Shown: piece after piece, positions 7,634-17,473 of the stretch
Position numbering within the stretch: the stretch's first letter is position 1
How the letters are laid out: every line of letters starts with the position of its first letter
Source: a virus
Length of the DNA stretch: 30,570 bases
Direction: 5' to 3' (one strand)
Virus genome (UHGV): UHGV-0106128
Translations under genes and position numbers: made by a program
The notes under the pieces: generated by a model
What the model was told of the DNA's origin: nothing
What the model saw: only the letters and a program-made list of their open reading frames with translations
Database searches by the model: none

Positions 7634-8936
7634 AGTGGCAGAACGCATCAGGGACGGAACCGTACCGTCTCCGGTGAAATTCTCCAACATGTGGTTGGTG
7701 AATTTGCGCATAACCGGAACCGGGCTTGCCTATCGCGCCGGGCTGAAAGAGCACGTCTGGCGTGATCCAAAGCTCTATCTGAACGAGGAGTTTTTAAGGC
7801 GATGCAATGGCCTTCCGGTTATCACAAACCATCCTGACGACGCAGTTCTGACGGAGGAGGATTTTAAATCGCGGATCGTCGGTAGCGTCATGCTGCCGTA
7901 TATCCGGGGTGATGAGGTATGGGCGGTGTGCCGCGTTTACCTCCAGAGCATTGTTGAAGAAATCGCTGAGGGGGATGTTTCGACAAGCCCGTCGGTGGTG
8001 TTCAACAGCACATCAGGAAATGTGGAAGTACAGGAAGGTGACACCAATTTTTTAATCGAAGGCGTTCCTTTCCTTGTTGATCACATCGCCCTGGTGACGA
8101 AAGACCACGGCTCGCTGGGCGTGTGGGATAAAGACCGGATCCCCGCAGGGGTTGAAGTGACAAGCACAGGTGAAATCGAGATGGAAAAAGAAGAACTCCA
8201 GGCCCTGTTACAGGGGGTTGTGAGCGATGCCCTGCAAGGCATTAATCAGAAAATCGATGGTGTCGTTACGCGCATGGACTCACTGGAACAGCGGGACAAA
8301 GCGCGGGCGGACGCCGAAGCTCAGGCGAAAAAAGAGGCCGAAGAAAAGGCCAAAGCCGATGAAGCAACAGAGGAACAGCGTAAAGCTGATGAAGCTGCGG
8401 CAAAGGAGGCGGAAGAAAAAGCCAAAGCTGACGAGGCGGCAGCTAAAGACGCTGAGGAGAAAGCAAAGGCTGATTCCGAAGCGGAAGAACAGCGTAAGGC
8501 TGACGAGGAGGCAGAAAAAGAACGCAATGACTCTGCCCTGGCAGAAGCACAGGCAAAAGCCGACTCCGCATTCAGTGCCTGCGGTAAAAACGCGCCAGCA
8601 CCGTTTTCTGGTGAAAATGCGCTGGACTACCGCAAGCGTGCGCTAATCGCTATGCAGAAACACTCTCCGGCACATAAGGACGTCAATATTCGCGCGATTG
8701 CGGATTCTGCAACGCTGGCTGTGCTTGAGGACGCAATTTTCAGTGCCGCCCGTCAGTCCATCGAAAAAGAAATGATGAGTACGCAGGGGCAACTGCATAA
8801 ACGTATCCGCAACGATGAAGCCGGACGTCGCATTACTGAATATCAGGGCGATCCGAACGTCTGGCTGAGTGCTTTCAAAATTCCGGGGCGTCGTCTGGCA
8901 AAAATTAACACTCAAGGGAGCCTGAACAATGGCTGA
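7614..8936 (+). CDS. head scaffolding protein (putative), N-terminal globular domain plus Ala/Glu/Lys-rich coiled-coil repeats
   Basis: GTG 7614 after GGAGAAGGG; internal repeated AEEKAKADEA / EEQRKADE segments; position directly before the capsid genes. Confidence 0.55.
   Translation: MSLTELEVAERIRDGTVPSPVKFSNMWLVNLRITGTGLAYRAGLKEHVWRDPKLYLNEEFLRRCNGLPVITNHPDDAVLTEEDFKSRIVGSVMLPYIRGDEVWAVCRVYLQSIVEEIAEGDVSTSPSVVFNSTSGNVEVQEGDTNFLIEGVPFLVDHIALVTKDHGSLGVWDKDRIPAGVEVTSTGEIEMEKEELQALLQGVVSDALQGINQKIDGVVTRMDSLEQRDKARADAEAQAKKEAEEKAKADEATEEQRKADEAAAKEAEEKAKADEAAAKDAEEKAKADSEAEEQRKADEEAEKERNDSALAEAQAKADSAFSACGKNAPAPFSGENALDYRKRALIAMQKHSPAHKDVNIRAIADSATLAVLEDAIFSAARQSIEKEMMSTQGQLHKRIRNDEAGRRITEYQGDPNVWLSAFKIPGRRLAKINTQGSLNNG
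8330..8520. repeat. imperfect tandem DNA repeats (about 30 bp units) encoding the AEEKAKADEA coiled-coil repeats of the scaffold gene
   Basis: Repeated GAGGC(C/G)GAAGAAAA(G/A)GCCAAAGC(C/T)GA(T/C)GA(A/G)GC and GA(G/A)GAACAGCGTAA(A/G)GCTGA units visible in the sequence. Confidence 0.6.
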
Positions 8937-9546
8937 TATTAACTTTCATCCGTTTAAAAACCGTGGAGCATTTGGTGGCCTTTTTAACGTCGAATCCCGT
9001 GGGCTGATGCAGGGGGATGCGCAGGATGATCCGGCAATTCGTCTGCAACTTTGCTCCGGTCGACTGGACAGCAAAATCACTGAACCGGTATGGGGTGGAG
9101 TTGGAGTTATGGAGTGCATTGCTCCCGCGAAAGACAGCGTTAACGGTGCGGTAATTAAACAAGCCACGAAGGACGCCTGTAACGCCTTTACTGTCTTTAA
9201 TCAGGCATTTCATGGCATTACCACGCCGGATAATCCGGTGCCGTTATATCTCGCGGGTGGCTTTGTTCACTATTACCGCGTTGGCTCAGGTGCCCGTATT
9301 CCTCTCCCTGTCAGTGCAGAAGTTGTTGCGCTGGCTGATGGAAATAACACCGTTGCTGCCAGTGGTTTTGTGTGGGATCTGACGAAAAACATGGTTGATG
9401 TTTATTCGGGATCACCCGGCGCTAATCCGAAAGTGGATATTAAGCTGCTGATGGTTTCAGTTGACGGAAACCTGACGGTGAAAAAAGAGGATGGCGGTAA
9501 CGTTGTCTGGGAAATCGGCAAACCGTGCGGCCTGTTTTTAATTTAA
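8929..9546 (+). CDS. hypothetical head protein (possible decoration or minor capsid protein)
   Basis: ORF track; AGGGAG then ATG 8929, overlapping the scaffold stop; position between scaffold and major capsid. Confidence 0.5.
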   Translation: MADINFHPFKNRGAFGGLFNVESRGLMQGDAQDDPAIRLQLCSGRLDSKITEPVWGGVGVMECIAPAKDSVNGAVIKQATKDACNAFTVFNQAFHGITTPDNPVPLYLAGGFVHYYRVGSGARIPLPVSAEVVALADGNNTVAASGFVWDLTKNMVDVYSGSPGANPKVDIKLLMVSVDGNLTVKKEDGGNVVWEIGKPCGLFLI

Positions 9547-9560
9547 GGGGATATTAATTA

Positions 9561-10589
9561 ATGAGCGCATTTACTCCTGCGACTACTATTGTGTCGCCGT
9601 CAATGGTGCTGCCGGAAATGATCGTGCAACAGAGCATGGCTTCCGGGGCGTTTGAAGTCCTGGCTGGTGGTGCTCCAGCGGTAAAAATCAGTTCCAGTGA
9701 TTTGATGGTCTATCAGAAATATCTGCGCATGACCTCGCAGGCGCAGGTCAGCCAGTCTCTGCCGGGTCAGTTACCGTCTTCCAGTATCTCTGGCGGCTAT
9801 GACGGAATGATGACTTACCGAATTTCTTCCCGCTCGCAATACAGCTATCTCGATACTGATGCAGCAGATCGCTGGGGCTATTCTCTGATTGAAGGCCTGC
9901 GCCTGGCTAACCGTCAGGGACACGCTCAAATGTTGCGTAATATGCTGCTGTATGGCGTGAATGCAGCTAATAACGAGGGGATCACCAACTCCCCGAACGC
10001 AGTGACGCTGAATCTGGGCAACGACAGCAAAGGGAATGATTCATATACCACCTGGGATTCCGGTGAGATGGCTAAATTTATGCTTGGCCTGATTGCTGAC
10101 CAGAAAACCCGCATGTTGCTGCTGGGGCAGCCATTAACGACTGTTATTCTGAGCCCACAGCGATTCATGAAGGCGCTGGAGTGGACAGGAATTGTTGAGC
10201 TGACCAGTTACCAGCGTCCTGGTGGTGGTACCGGAACGGTGGGAACGATGGTTAAAGACGTCGCCGATAAGGCGACAGGCGACGACATCATTTTCTGCCA
10301 GGACGACACGCTGATCGGTAAAGGCGCTGGTGGTAATGACCTGATCATCGTTACGAACCCGACGATTGAGGTTCCGGAAGCGCGTCACACCATTAACACC
10401 AATATTTTCTCCACGCTGGTACCTAACCAGCAGGCCGTCAACGTGATGTTCTGTGATATGGCAGCGCCGACGGAAATTCCGTCCCCTATGCCGGATGGCG
10501 GCCTGACCACGTTGTATACCATGCGCGCGACGCCGGGCTGGAACTTCCGCCCTGAGGGGATCACCCTGTTGTCTGCCAAATACGCATAA
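9561..10589 (+). CDS. major capsid protein (putative)
   Basis: ORF track; 342 aa; position after the scaffold; followed by a strong intrinsic terminator, as is typical downstream of a highly expressed capsid gene. Confidence 0.6.
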   Translation: MSAFTPATTIVSPSMVLPEMIVQQSMASGAFEVLAGGAPAVKISSSDLMVYQKYLRMTSQAQVSQSLPGQLPSSSISGGYDGMMTYRISSRSQYSYLDTDAADRWGYSLIEGLRLANRQGHAQMLRNMLLYGVNAANNEGITNSPNAVTLNLGNDSKGNDSYTTWDSGEMAKFMLGLIADQKTRMLLLGQPLTTVILSPQRFMKALEWTGIVELTSYQRPGGGTGTVGTMVKDVADKATGDDIIFCQDDTLIGKGAGGNDLIIVTNPTIEVPEARHTINTNIFSTLVPNQQAVNVMFCDMAAPTEIPSPMPDGGLTTLYTMRATPGWNFRPEGITLLSAKYA

Positions 10590-10608
10590 ACGTTCAATCT
10601 GATAACGC

Positions 10609-10632
10609 GGGGAGCTAAATGCTCCCTTTTTT
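10609..10632 (+). terminator. rho-independent terminator after the capsid gene
   Basis: GGGAGC (10610-10615), loop TAAAT, GCTCCC (10621-10626), then T6 (10627-10632). Confidence 0.6.
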
Positions 10633-10645
10633 GTGGGAAAAATTT

Positions 10646-11116
10646 ATGAAGCTCTACATCGCTAACTGCTCACGTCAGCCGCACACGTTCAACTACAAAC
10701 TCCCCGAAAAAACGCAGTCGTTCGGTGTGACAATTCCGTCCGGACGTCAGCATATGATCGAAAATCAGTCCGATATTATCGACCACATCATCCGACAGCA
10801 TGAGCCTTACGGATTCCAGCGTTGTGACAAGGTGGACAAGAATTTTTCCGGTATCTGCTATTCCATCGATAAACCTGTGAGCGTCGGTCGCATTGAGGAT
10901 TGCGCGGAGCAGAAAACGGAAAATCTGGAATCCCTGTCAGAAGAAATTCTTGCAGCCAGCGCCGTATCGCTGAATAACGCAGTGGATCAGGCAGTGATTC
11001 AAAGTGGCGAAAAACCTCAACCGGGTGGTATTGAAATGGAAATCACCGGGGAAGCGATTAACACTGAACAGGAAAATCCGCCCAGCACAAAGCGAAATAT
11101 TAAGGTTAAAAAATAA
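10646..11116 (+). CDS. hypothetical head-tail joining protein
   Basis: ORF track 10619..11116; ATG 10646 chosen because ATG 10619 lies inside the terminator hairpin. Confidence 0.55.
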   Translation: MKLYIANCSRQPHTFNYKLPEKTQSFGVTIPSGRQHMIENQSDIIDHIIRQHEPYGFQRCDKVDKNFSGICYSIDKPVSVGRIEDCAEQKTENLESLSEEILAASAVSLNNAVDQAVIQSGEKPQPGGIEMEITGEAINTEQENPPSTKRNIKVKK

Positions 11117-11556
11117 TGACCTTGCGTCCGTCACTGGAGGGATTTATTCGCTTTGTTCGTGACGACATGAAAGTACCGGTTCACGCTATTGCTGACGATG
11201 ATCCGACGCTGGAATGTTGCTTTCAGTCTGCGATGGAGCTAATCCCTCACGATCAGGGGCTGGAGCGTTTACCCATCATCTATGTGCGAACGGTTTATAA
11301 CGCTGCCGCCTCATTTCTCCTGAATTTCGCTCCCGGCTCGTGGTTTGCCGACCTGAGAAAAAAACTCAACCTTGGGAAACTGGCTACCGGGCTTGTCAGC
11401 GCGGCAGCAGACCAGGGGACATCTGGTTCGATCACCATCAGCGACGCGCTGAGTAATCTGTCTTTGCTGGATTTGCAGATGTTACAGGATCCGTATGGAC
11501 GACAGGTTGTTGCGGTGCTGATGCAGATGGGCACGGTATGGGGTTACACGCCATGA
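11116..11556 (+). CDS. hypothetical neck / head-tail connector protein
   Basis: ORF track; TAATG overlap with the upstream gene. Confidence 0.55.
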   Translation: MTLRPSLEGFIRFVRDDMKVPVHAIADDDPTLECCFQSAMELIPHDQGLERLPIIYVRTVYNAAASFLLNFAPGSWFADLRKKLNLGKLATGLVSAAADQGTSGSITISDALSNLSLLDLQMLQDPYGRQVVAVLMQMGTVWGYTP

Positions 11557-11993
11557 AACTTTGTTTTGGGGTTATCGACCAGCCGTATGACTACGGCGAC
11601 GAACCGGGAAAAACCACGTTTGACGTGGCCTGTGACCTCGAGGAGCGATACGAAATTTTTACGCACTTCTGGGAAATGCATAAGGACGAGATTATCCAGG
11701 AGGCAGGTACTGAACTGGCGTACCAGTTGGTCAATCACTTCAAGTATAAGGCTCCGCTACCTGGCGAGCATTTTCTGGAAGGGACCGGGAAGATTTTCCA
11801 TATATTTCTTGAAACCGAAGAAATGGCCGGAATGACGATCAACGGAAATCAGGTCCCAACCCAGGCTGCGTTACAGGGTGTTAACTCAAGGCTTAAGGAC
11901 AAATATACCGGGGAGCGGCGCCCGTCATTCATAGATGGCGGCCTGTTTAAGGGCAGCTTTATAGCGTGGATAGATAACAATGCCGAGTCTTGA
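11553..11993 (+). CDS. hypothetical neck / tail completion protein
   Basis: ORF track 11538..11993; ATG 11553 overlaps the upstream stop (ATGA); ATG 11538 is an alternative start. Confidence 0.5.
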   Translation: MKLCFGVIDQPYDYGDEPGKTTFDVACDLEERYEIFTHFWEMHKDEIIQEAGTELAYQLVNHFKYKAPLPGEHFLEGTGKIFHIFLETEEMAGMTINGNQVPTQAALQGVNSRLKDKYTGERRPSFIDGGLFKGSFIAWIDNNAES

Positions 11994-12924
11994 AGAATTA
12001 GCCGAACAGCACAGTTCGCAGCTCTCGTCCGTTCTTAAATCCGCAGTTGAAACCATCTCGTCAGACCAGGAAATCACGTTCAGGCTCTATGTCCGGCAGG
12101 TTCTGCCGCTGGATGGTTTTGTCTATTGGGTTAATGCGGAAATCATCAGTTGCGATGAACTGTGTCGTCTGAATATTGAGTCACCAACTCGTCTGAAAAT
12201 CAAAGGCAGCCTGCATCGTCAGGTTATTGCGATTCAGGACGAGTCTGTCTCGAAGGATGTGAACAACATTATTTTCACGCCTGTTCAGCAGGTTGATGAT
12301 TTTAATGTGGAAAATCCCGATGCGATCTATCTCGGTGAGTACGGCGGCGTCCAGTTCGCTTTTTCTCGAATGGAGAGCCGCTATCAGCAGTCGGGTATTT
12401 TTCATTATCGCGGCATGGCGATTTTGCCAACCATGCGTTCCCAGATTATCGACTGCGAGGAGGATATCAGCGACGAGCAGATCATATCCAACAGCATCCC
12501 GATCTGGCTGCAAATGAAAGATGCCGCGACCGTGTATCCGTCTTACCTGGTACCGCAGAACCTTCGCCCTCCGTATATCGCGGTGGATGTTCGCAACAGT
12601 ATTCCTTTGCAGGTGGCTCCCGTTGTTTTCGGTGGTGAGCGATTCCAGCTCGTCCAGGATTCGGTTCGCCTGACGCTTTACGGATTCAGCAACAAAATGG
12701 CGCTGGATCTTGTCGACTCGGTGGTGAACAGGGCGCTGGAGGAGGAAAAGTTTGGTGTAACCAATATTCCGGTGGTTCAGGACGCAAAGTCGGGACAGGT
12801 TGAAATCAACGCTCTGGCGAAGAAAAAGATTGTCGATTTTGACGTGAATTACTACCAGAGCACCGCCCGGGAAATATCCCGGCAGTTGATTGAAAAAGTC
12901 ATTTGTAAATATGAGGTTAAATAA
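11980..12924 (+). CDS. hypothetical structural protein (neck / tail completion)
   Basis: ORF track; start overlaps the upstream gene. Confidence 0.55.
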   Translation: MPSLEELAEQHSSQLSSVLKSAVETISSDQEITFRLYVRQVLPLDGFVYWVNAEIISCDELCRLNIESPTRLKIKGSLHRQVIAIQDESVSKDVNNIIFTPVQQVDDFNVENPDAIYLGEYGGVQFAFSRMESRYQQSGIFHYRGMAILPTMRSQIIDCEEDISDEQIISNSIPIWLQMKDAATVYPSYLVPQNLRPPYIAVDVRNSIPLQVAPVVFGGERFQLVQDSVRLTLYGFSNKMALDLVDSVVNRALEEEKFGVTNIPVVQDAKSGQVEINALAKKKIVDFDVNYYQSTAREISRQLIEKVICKYEVK

Positions 12925-14261
12925 TGGGGTTTAATATCGTCACGGTGAATGTGTCCCAGACCATCGGGGCCATTCCCTCGAATTTGCAGCAGATGTCCGC
13001 TGTTCTCTCGTTTGGCTCCACGACTCATGAGCCGGGAAAGCCTGTATTACTCACCCGTAATCAGGATATTAACGATCTGGTAAGAAATCCGATTGCTGCG
13101 TTGTCGGCGGCTGCCGCAGGAAAATCTGCGGCAAACGTCACCGTTACGATGACGCTTCCGGAAGGGAGCAACATCCGACGCGAAAACAGTTCTGAGGTGA
13201 AAATTGTTGTTTCCGGGTGTTCGCCCGACGCGTGGAATGGCGAATATACTGCTACCGTCACGGATGAAAAAACACTGACCTGGACGATTGCTGATTCTCA
13301 GCTTTCCGGTTCGCCAGTGACACTGGGGCAGTTTTCCATTGTTGGCAGTGAAAATCTGGTGACGGCAGTAAACACGTTTTTTGCCCAGGGAAATTCAGTT
13401 GGGATTTACCTGCTGGAGCTGGGAGTACAGAAAGGTGGAGTCAGTAAGGAAATCGCTGCACTGAAAGCTTATATGGAAGATCCGCTCCTGCGTTTTTATG
13501 CGTATCTGGTGCCGCAGCCGTGGGATGGTGACGCAGAGTTTATCAGTCTGGCAAAACTCCACACCGCCAACGAAGCGATGCAGTATTTCTTCGTGCTGAC
13601 GAAAACGCCGGACGACACGAATTACGTTTCGCCTTATGCCGGTATTAAGTCGGTTATTGCAACGGCGGATGATACGTATCCGGCGACAAACGCGGCAGCA
13701 GCCGTAATGTGGAACTATGTTTCCGCATCACCTTCAGAAATCAACAAGGTGCCGCCGATGGCATTTCGCTATCTACAGGCGGTAAACGCCCACAAGGGCA
13801 AAAATTCAATTCTGGTCACGATGACGAAGCAGAATATTAACTACGTCGACACGGGGGCTGAGGGGGGAATTTCCAACACGATTCTGGTGAAAGGCGTTAC
13901 CAGTGACGGTAACGATATGACGTACTGGTATTCCGTGGACTGGGTGCAGATTAATGTCGATATGCAGCTCGCCAACACGGTGATCAACGGCAGCAATAAC
14001 TCAATTAACCCGCTTTACTACAACCAGGACGGGATCGACCGTCTACAGCAGGTCGCACAGGCGGTGTTCAATACGGGCGTATCTTACGGCCTGGTCAACG
14101 GTCAGCCTGTCGTCGATGCAGTGCCTTTCCGCCAGTATATCAACACTAATCCCAATGATTACGGTATCGGGCGTTATGCAGGCCTTTCGGCCTCCTATAC
14201 GCCGATGCGCGGATTTGTCGAAATCATTTTTAACATCAATGTGACAATGCAGCTTTCGTGA
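12924..14261 (+). CDS. tail sheath protein (putative)
   Basis: 445 aa ORF directly followed by a tube-sized gene, chaperone pair and tape measure; downstream baseplate J/V-type genes imply a contractile tail. Confidence 0.5.
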   Translation: MGFNIVTVNVSQTIGAIPSNLQQMSAVLSFGSTTHEPGKPVLLTRNQDINDLVRNPIAALSAAAAGKSAANVTVTMTLPEGSNIRRENSSEVKIVVSGCSPDAWNGEYTATVTDEKTLTWTIADSQLSGSPVTLGQFSIVGSENLVTAVNTFFAQGNSVGIYLLELGVQKGGVSKEIAALKAYMEDPLLRFYAYLVPQPWDGDAEFISLAKLHTANEAMQYFFVLTKTPDDTNYVSPYAGIKSVIATADDTYPATNAAAAVMWNYVSASPSEINKVPPMAFRYLQAVNAHKGKNSILVTMTKQNINYVDTGAEGGISNTILVKGVTSDGNDMTYWYSVDWVQINVDMQLANTVINGSNNSINPLYYNQDGIDRLQQVAQAVFNTGVSYGLVNGQPVVDAVPFRQYINTNPNDYGIGRYAGLSASYTPMRGFVEIIFNINVTMQLS

Positions 14262-14272
14262 GGGACTGAACC

Positions 14273-14716
14273 GTGCCTAATCCAATGATCCCCGTTGGCA
14301 CCCTTAACCGGGTTCGCGCCAGCGTTAAATTCACCTCCCATTCTGAACTGAATGTGTCCGCCTCATTTCTGGCAAAAGAAGGCGTCGAATTGTCCTTTCA
14401 GGGCAATATCACGGAGTTTTTACCCGCTATGACGGGAGCCGTGCAGTCGCCGCAGCCATACATGATTTTACAGGCGCGTGTTCATCTGCTGCGTAGCCAG
14501 GCGCTGGGAAAACAATTCAAGGCGCAATGGGAAAAGAATGCCACGATCGGCGACGCAAAAGTGTATAGCGACAGCACGGTGTTCGGTGACTTCGATATCT
14601 ATAACACGGCGATCACCAACGTGCAGGATATGACCTTCGCCGGGGGCGAGCCGGGTGTGGCCATCACCATTACTGGTACGTATTACATCAACTCTGAAAT
14701 GTGGGATCTGGTATGA
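14273..14716 (+). CDS. tail tube protein (putative)
   Basis: 147 aa; GTG 14273 after AGGGA; position between sheath and chaperone genes. Confidence 0.5.
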   Translation: MPNPMIPVGTLNRVRASVKFTSHSELNVSASFLAKEGVELSFQGNITEFLPAMTGAVQSPQPYMILQARVHLLRSQALGKQFKAQWEKNATIGDAKVYSDSTVFGDFDIYNTAITNVQDMTFAGGEPGVAITITGTYYINSEMWDLV

Positions 14717-15330
14717 AAATCGCGCGAAATTTAAACCTGATTATTCCTGTCCGGACAGAAAAGGGTAATGGCTGGATCCATGCCACGCCGATCAGCAAAG
14801 AGGTGTTTAAAGAGCATTTCTTCATTCTGAGTAAAACTTTTTCTGCCATTTTTTCAGAAGGTCTTGGCGTCGTTGCGGGTCCGCGTATCGCTTTTTTGAT
14901 GCTGGAGCGGATCTCGCGTGATTCTAATATCTGGGAAGGTGATAAAGGGGTCCGTAATACACTTGTTAATGAGGTCATTCGCCTGGCAAACCTTGTTTAC
15001 CCAGTGGAGGGTAAAGGCTACGACACAATCCCTCTCGATATGGCGCTGGAGCGTGAAATCATTGATTTGGATGAAGTGGCGGGTGAGCTCATTTTTTTTA
15101 CATGCGTCTCGTCGATAAATTCACCGGAGCAGGCGAAGGGGACTATGGATGTGGTCAATGGAGTATGGAGCACTCAATGCTCGTTATTGAATCTTACGGA
15201 ATGGATCGCTTCATTGCCGACATTGAAATCAGCCGCCAGTTCTGGCGCGACGGCGAACACGTCATCAGCGACATCCTCGACTACTCAGCCGGAGCCGGAT
15301 TCAGAGACATCTGTGCAGATTCCGGCCTAA
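14713..15330 (+). CDS. tail assembly chaperone (zero-frame product)
   Basis: ORF track 14701..15330; ATG 14713 overlaps the tube stop (ATGA); lies directly upstream of the tape measure gene. Confidence 0.6.
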   Translation: MKIARNLNLIIPVRTEKGNGWIHATPISKEVFKEHFFILSKTFSAIFSEGLGVVAGPRIAFLMLERISRDSNIWEGDKGVRNTLVNEVIRLANLVYPVEGKGYDTIPLDMALEREIIDLDEVAGELIFFTCVSSINSPEQAKGTMDVVNGVWSTQCSLLNLTEWIASLPTLKSAASSGATANTSSATSSTTQPEPDSETSVQIPA

Positions 15331-15395
15331 ATGTAAAAACAGCAGCTCAGTTTCGTGAGCTGCTCAAATTCAAAAATCCCGCAGGAGTATTGTGA
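14713..15395 (+). CDS. tail assembly chaperone, predicted -1 frameshift product (about 227 aa)
   Basis: Frame of ORF 15102..15395 opens at 15087 and overlaps the zero frame across an 8-T run (15092-15099); its stop TGA 15393-15395 overlaps the tape measure ATG 15395. Confidence 0.45.
15093..15099 (+). other. candidate -1 slippery heptamer T_TTT_TTT (within an 8-T run) for the chaperone frameshift
   Basis: Zero-frame codons ATT TTT TTT ACA; the -1 frame continues YMRLVDKF... Confidence 0.45.
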
Positions 15396-17470
15396 TGGCT
15401 GGTAACCAGATGCCAGTTCTGACGCTGGATGTTAATGAAGAACACCTCAGGCGGCTTGAGGCGATATTTGAAAAGTATCGCAACGGACTGATGATTGGCC
15501 CTGCCGGTACGCCGCTTAAAATACCTTCAAATACCGGTCCGGGAGGTGGCTCTTGGCAGACAACCACAGGCGGAGAAGCCAATCAGGCTCCCAGGAAACC
15601 ATCTTCACCCGCGCCAGTTCTGGCTGCTTCCACTGATGGACGTTTAAGGGATGAAAAATGGCGCTTTGTTGGCAGCGGGAAAACACCTGATTCGCTGGTG
15701 AGCAACTATAAAGGTCGCGGCGAAACGATGTTTGATAAGTACCTCAGCGGGCTGGGGAAAAACGCCAAACAGACGCTGAAAACTTACAAGCAGATCAATT
15801 CTACGCTACGGACGACCACTTCGAGATTAAACAACCTGTTTAAAACCACCGTATCGTGGGGGACAAAACTTGCGGTTATGGGCGTTGCCGGGCCGTTTGG
15901 CTTTGGCATGATGGCTCGTAATGTTGTAGAGAAACAGAAAAATGCTGATGAATTGCAGGCAACTCCAGGAGAGTTAAAGGCGGCAGAAAGCACTTATTCG
16001 CCTTATTTTTCCGGTGTTGGTAATTTGCTCAATACACTGGCAGCCGCGCAAAATGACACTCAGCATTCTGCCTACAACGGGCTAATTGGATTAGGGATAA
16101 ATCCTAAAAAAGGGGCAGCAGAAAATCTTCCTGTATTGTTAGAAAGAGTTGCTGCTCTTGCAAAGGAGTATGAGGGAACCGGACTTACTCAGAGCATGCT
16201 CAGAGGTCGTGGCCTTGGATGGGTAAATTTTGGTATTGCTAACCAGTTAGTCAAATATCAGGACAAAATACCTGAACTCAACAAAGAGTTTTTATCGCGA
16301 GCTTCTCAGAATGACTCGTTGCTCACCTCTGGACATACAAGCCAGTATCAGAATCTTACCAGCAACTTAGAAAATAACTGGGATCAACTTACCAGCGGAT
16401 TTCAGGGGGCAATGTCGGGTAACTCTGTACAGCTAATTAGAATATCTAATGGTGTAAAGAATGCTGGTCTAAATTTCCTTAACGGTGAGAACTTTAAAAG
16501 AATTTTGACTGATGTTGAAACAGGTCTGGATAAACTTGGTAAGTATGTAAATGGCCCGGATTTTAATAACGACCTGAATAATTTTGCCGAAAATGTTGCA
16601 AAGGTTGTTAAGGCACTTAGCGGGTTTGTTGGTTTTGCGGTTGAACATCCCTGGCTTTTTGGGGCCGCAGTACTTGCTGGACCATCGAGAGTTGGTGCTG
16701 TGGCAGCCACAACGACCGGAGTTGCCGCCCGTGTTGTTGGTGGAAGTCTTCTTGGGGCTACAGCCGGAACAGTAGCTGGATTGGCTATTCCTACAAATGA
16801 CACACCTACCACCAGTGAGGAAATGAAAGGGCTGGAGGGGCGTTTCAACTTTGATTATTTTAACGAAGTGCAGGAGTGGCAAAAAAACAATCCGGGTAAG
16901 GTCTGGCCTGGAGGATTGCAGGGATTTTCAAATCAAGTAAACAGATCTGCATATTTATCCAGAGGGATCAGGAATAACAATCCCGGAAATCTTAATTTCG
17001 CAGGACAAAAAGGGGCTACCTTGGAATCGGGGCCAAATGCCCGTTTTGCCAGCTTCCCGACGATGCTGGAAGGCATTGCTGCCTTAGATCGGCAGGTAAT
17101 GCTATACCTGAAACGCGGCAAAAATACGATTGATCAGATTATTGATATTTATGCCCCTTCATCTGATGGAAATAACACATCGTCCTATAAAAGCTATCTC
17201 TCTCAGTACACCGGATTAGGTGTTAAGGAGAAAATCGATGGTTCTAATTTTGAGATAATGAGAAAGCTAATTCAGGGCATTATTAACCATGAAAATGGGG
17301 ACGCCGCTCGTGCAGTAAGTGGCGATGATGTGATGCGGGCGCTGGCAATGAACCGGGGAAACGTATATTCACCAAATAATACTTCTCAGGTAATCAGGCT
17401 CGACGTTCAACAAAAACCAGGTTCCGACATACTGGCACAACTCGCCGGAATGCAACAAATACCGGGGTAA
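15395..17470 (+). CDS. tail tape measure protein
   Basis: ORF track 15392..17470; GCAGGAG then ATG 15395; 691 aa; Gly/Ala-rich hydrophobic segments (GFVGFAVEHPWLFGAAVLAGP..., GAVAATTTGVAARVVGGSLLGATAGTVAGLAIP); follows the chaperone pair. Confidence 0.75.
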   Translation: MAGNQMPVLTLDVNEEHLRRLEAIFEKYRNGLMIGPAGTPLKIPSNTGPGGGSWQTTTGGEANQAPRKPSSPAPVLAASTDGRLRDEKWRFVGSGKTPDSLVSNYKGRGETMFDKYLSGLGKNAKQTLKTYKQINSTLRTTTSRLNNLFKTTVSWGTKLAVMGVAGPFGFGMMARNVVEKQKNADELQATPGELKAAESTYSPYFSGVGNLLNTLAAAQNDTQHSAYNGLIGLGINPKKGAAENLPVLLERVAALAKEYEGTGLTQSMLRGRGLGWVNFGIANQLVKYQDKIPELNKEFLSRASQNDSLLTSGHTSQYQNLTSNLENNWDQLTSGFQGAMSGNSVQLIRISNGVKNAGLNFLNGENFKRILTDVETGLDKLGKYVNGPDFNNDLNNFAENVAKVVKALSGFVGFAVEHPWLFGAAVLAGPSRVGAVAATTTGVAARVVGGSLLGATAGTVAGLAIPTNDTPTTSEEMKGLEGRFNFDYFNEVQEWQKNNPGKVWPGGLQGFSNQVNRSAYLSRGIRNNNPGNLNFAGQKGATLESGPNARFASFPTMLEGIAALDRQVMLYLKRGKNTIDQIIDIYAPSSDGNNTSSYKSYLSQYTGLGVKEKIDGSNFEIMRKLIQGIINHENGDAARAVSGDDVMRALAMNRGNVYSPNNTSQVIRLDVQQKPGSDILAQLAGMQQIPG

Positions 17471-17473
17471 ACC

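Noticed and set aside
8227-8646. 139-aa + strand ORF rich in Lys/Arg (and minus-strand ORF 8321..8527 rich in Ala/Ser) inside the scaffold gene
   Set aside because: Alternative-frame translations of the GAA/GCN/AAA-rich coiled-coil repeat; no independent start signals
16402-16882. Two overlapping minus-strand ORFs (148 and 137 aa) inside the tape measure gene
   Set aside because: Antisense to a long, well-supported gene; Pro/Ala/Thr-rich shadow frames
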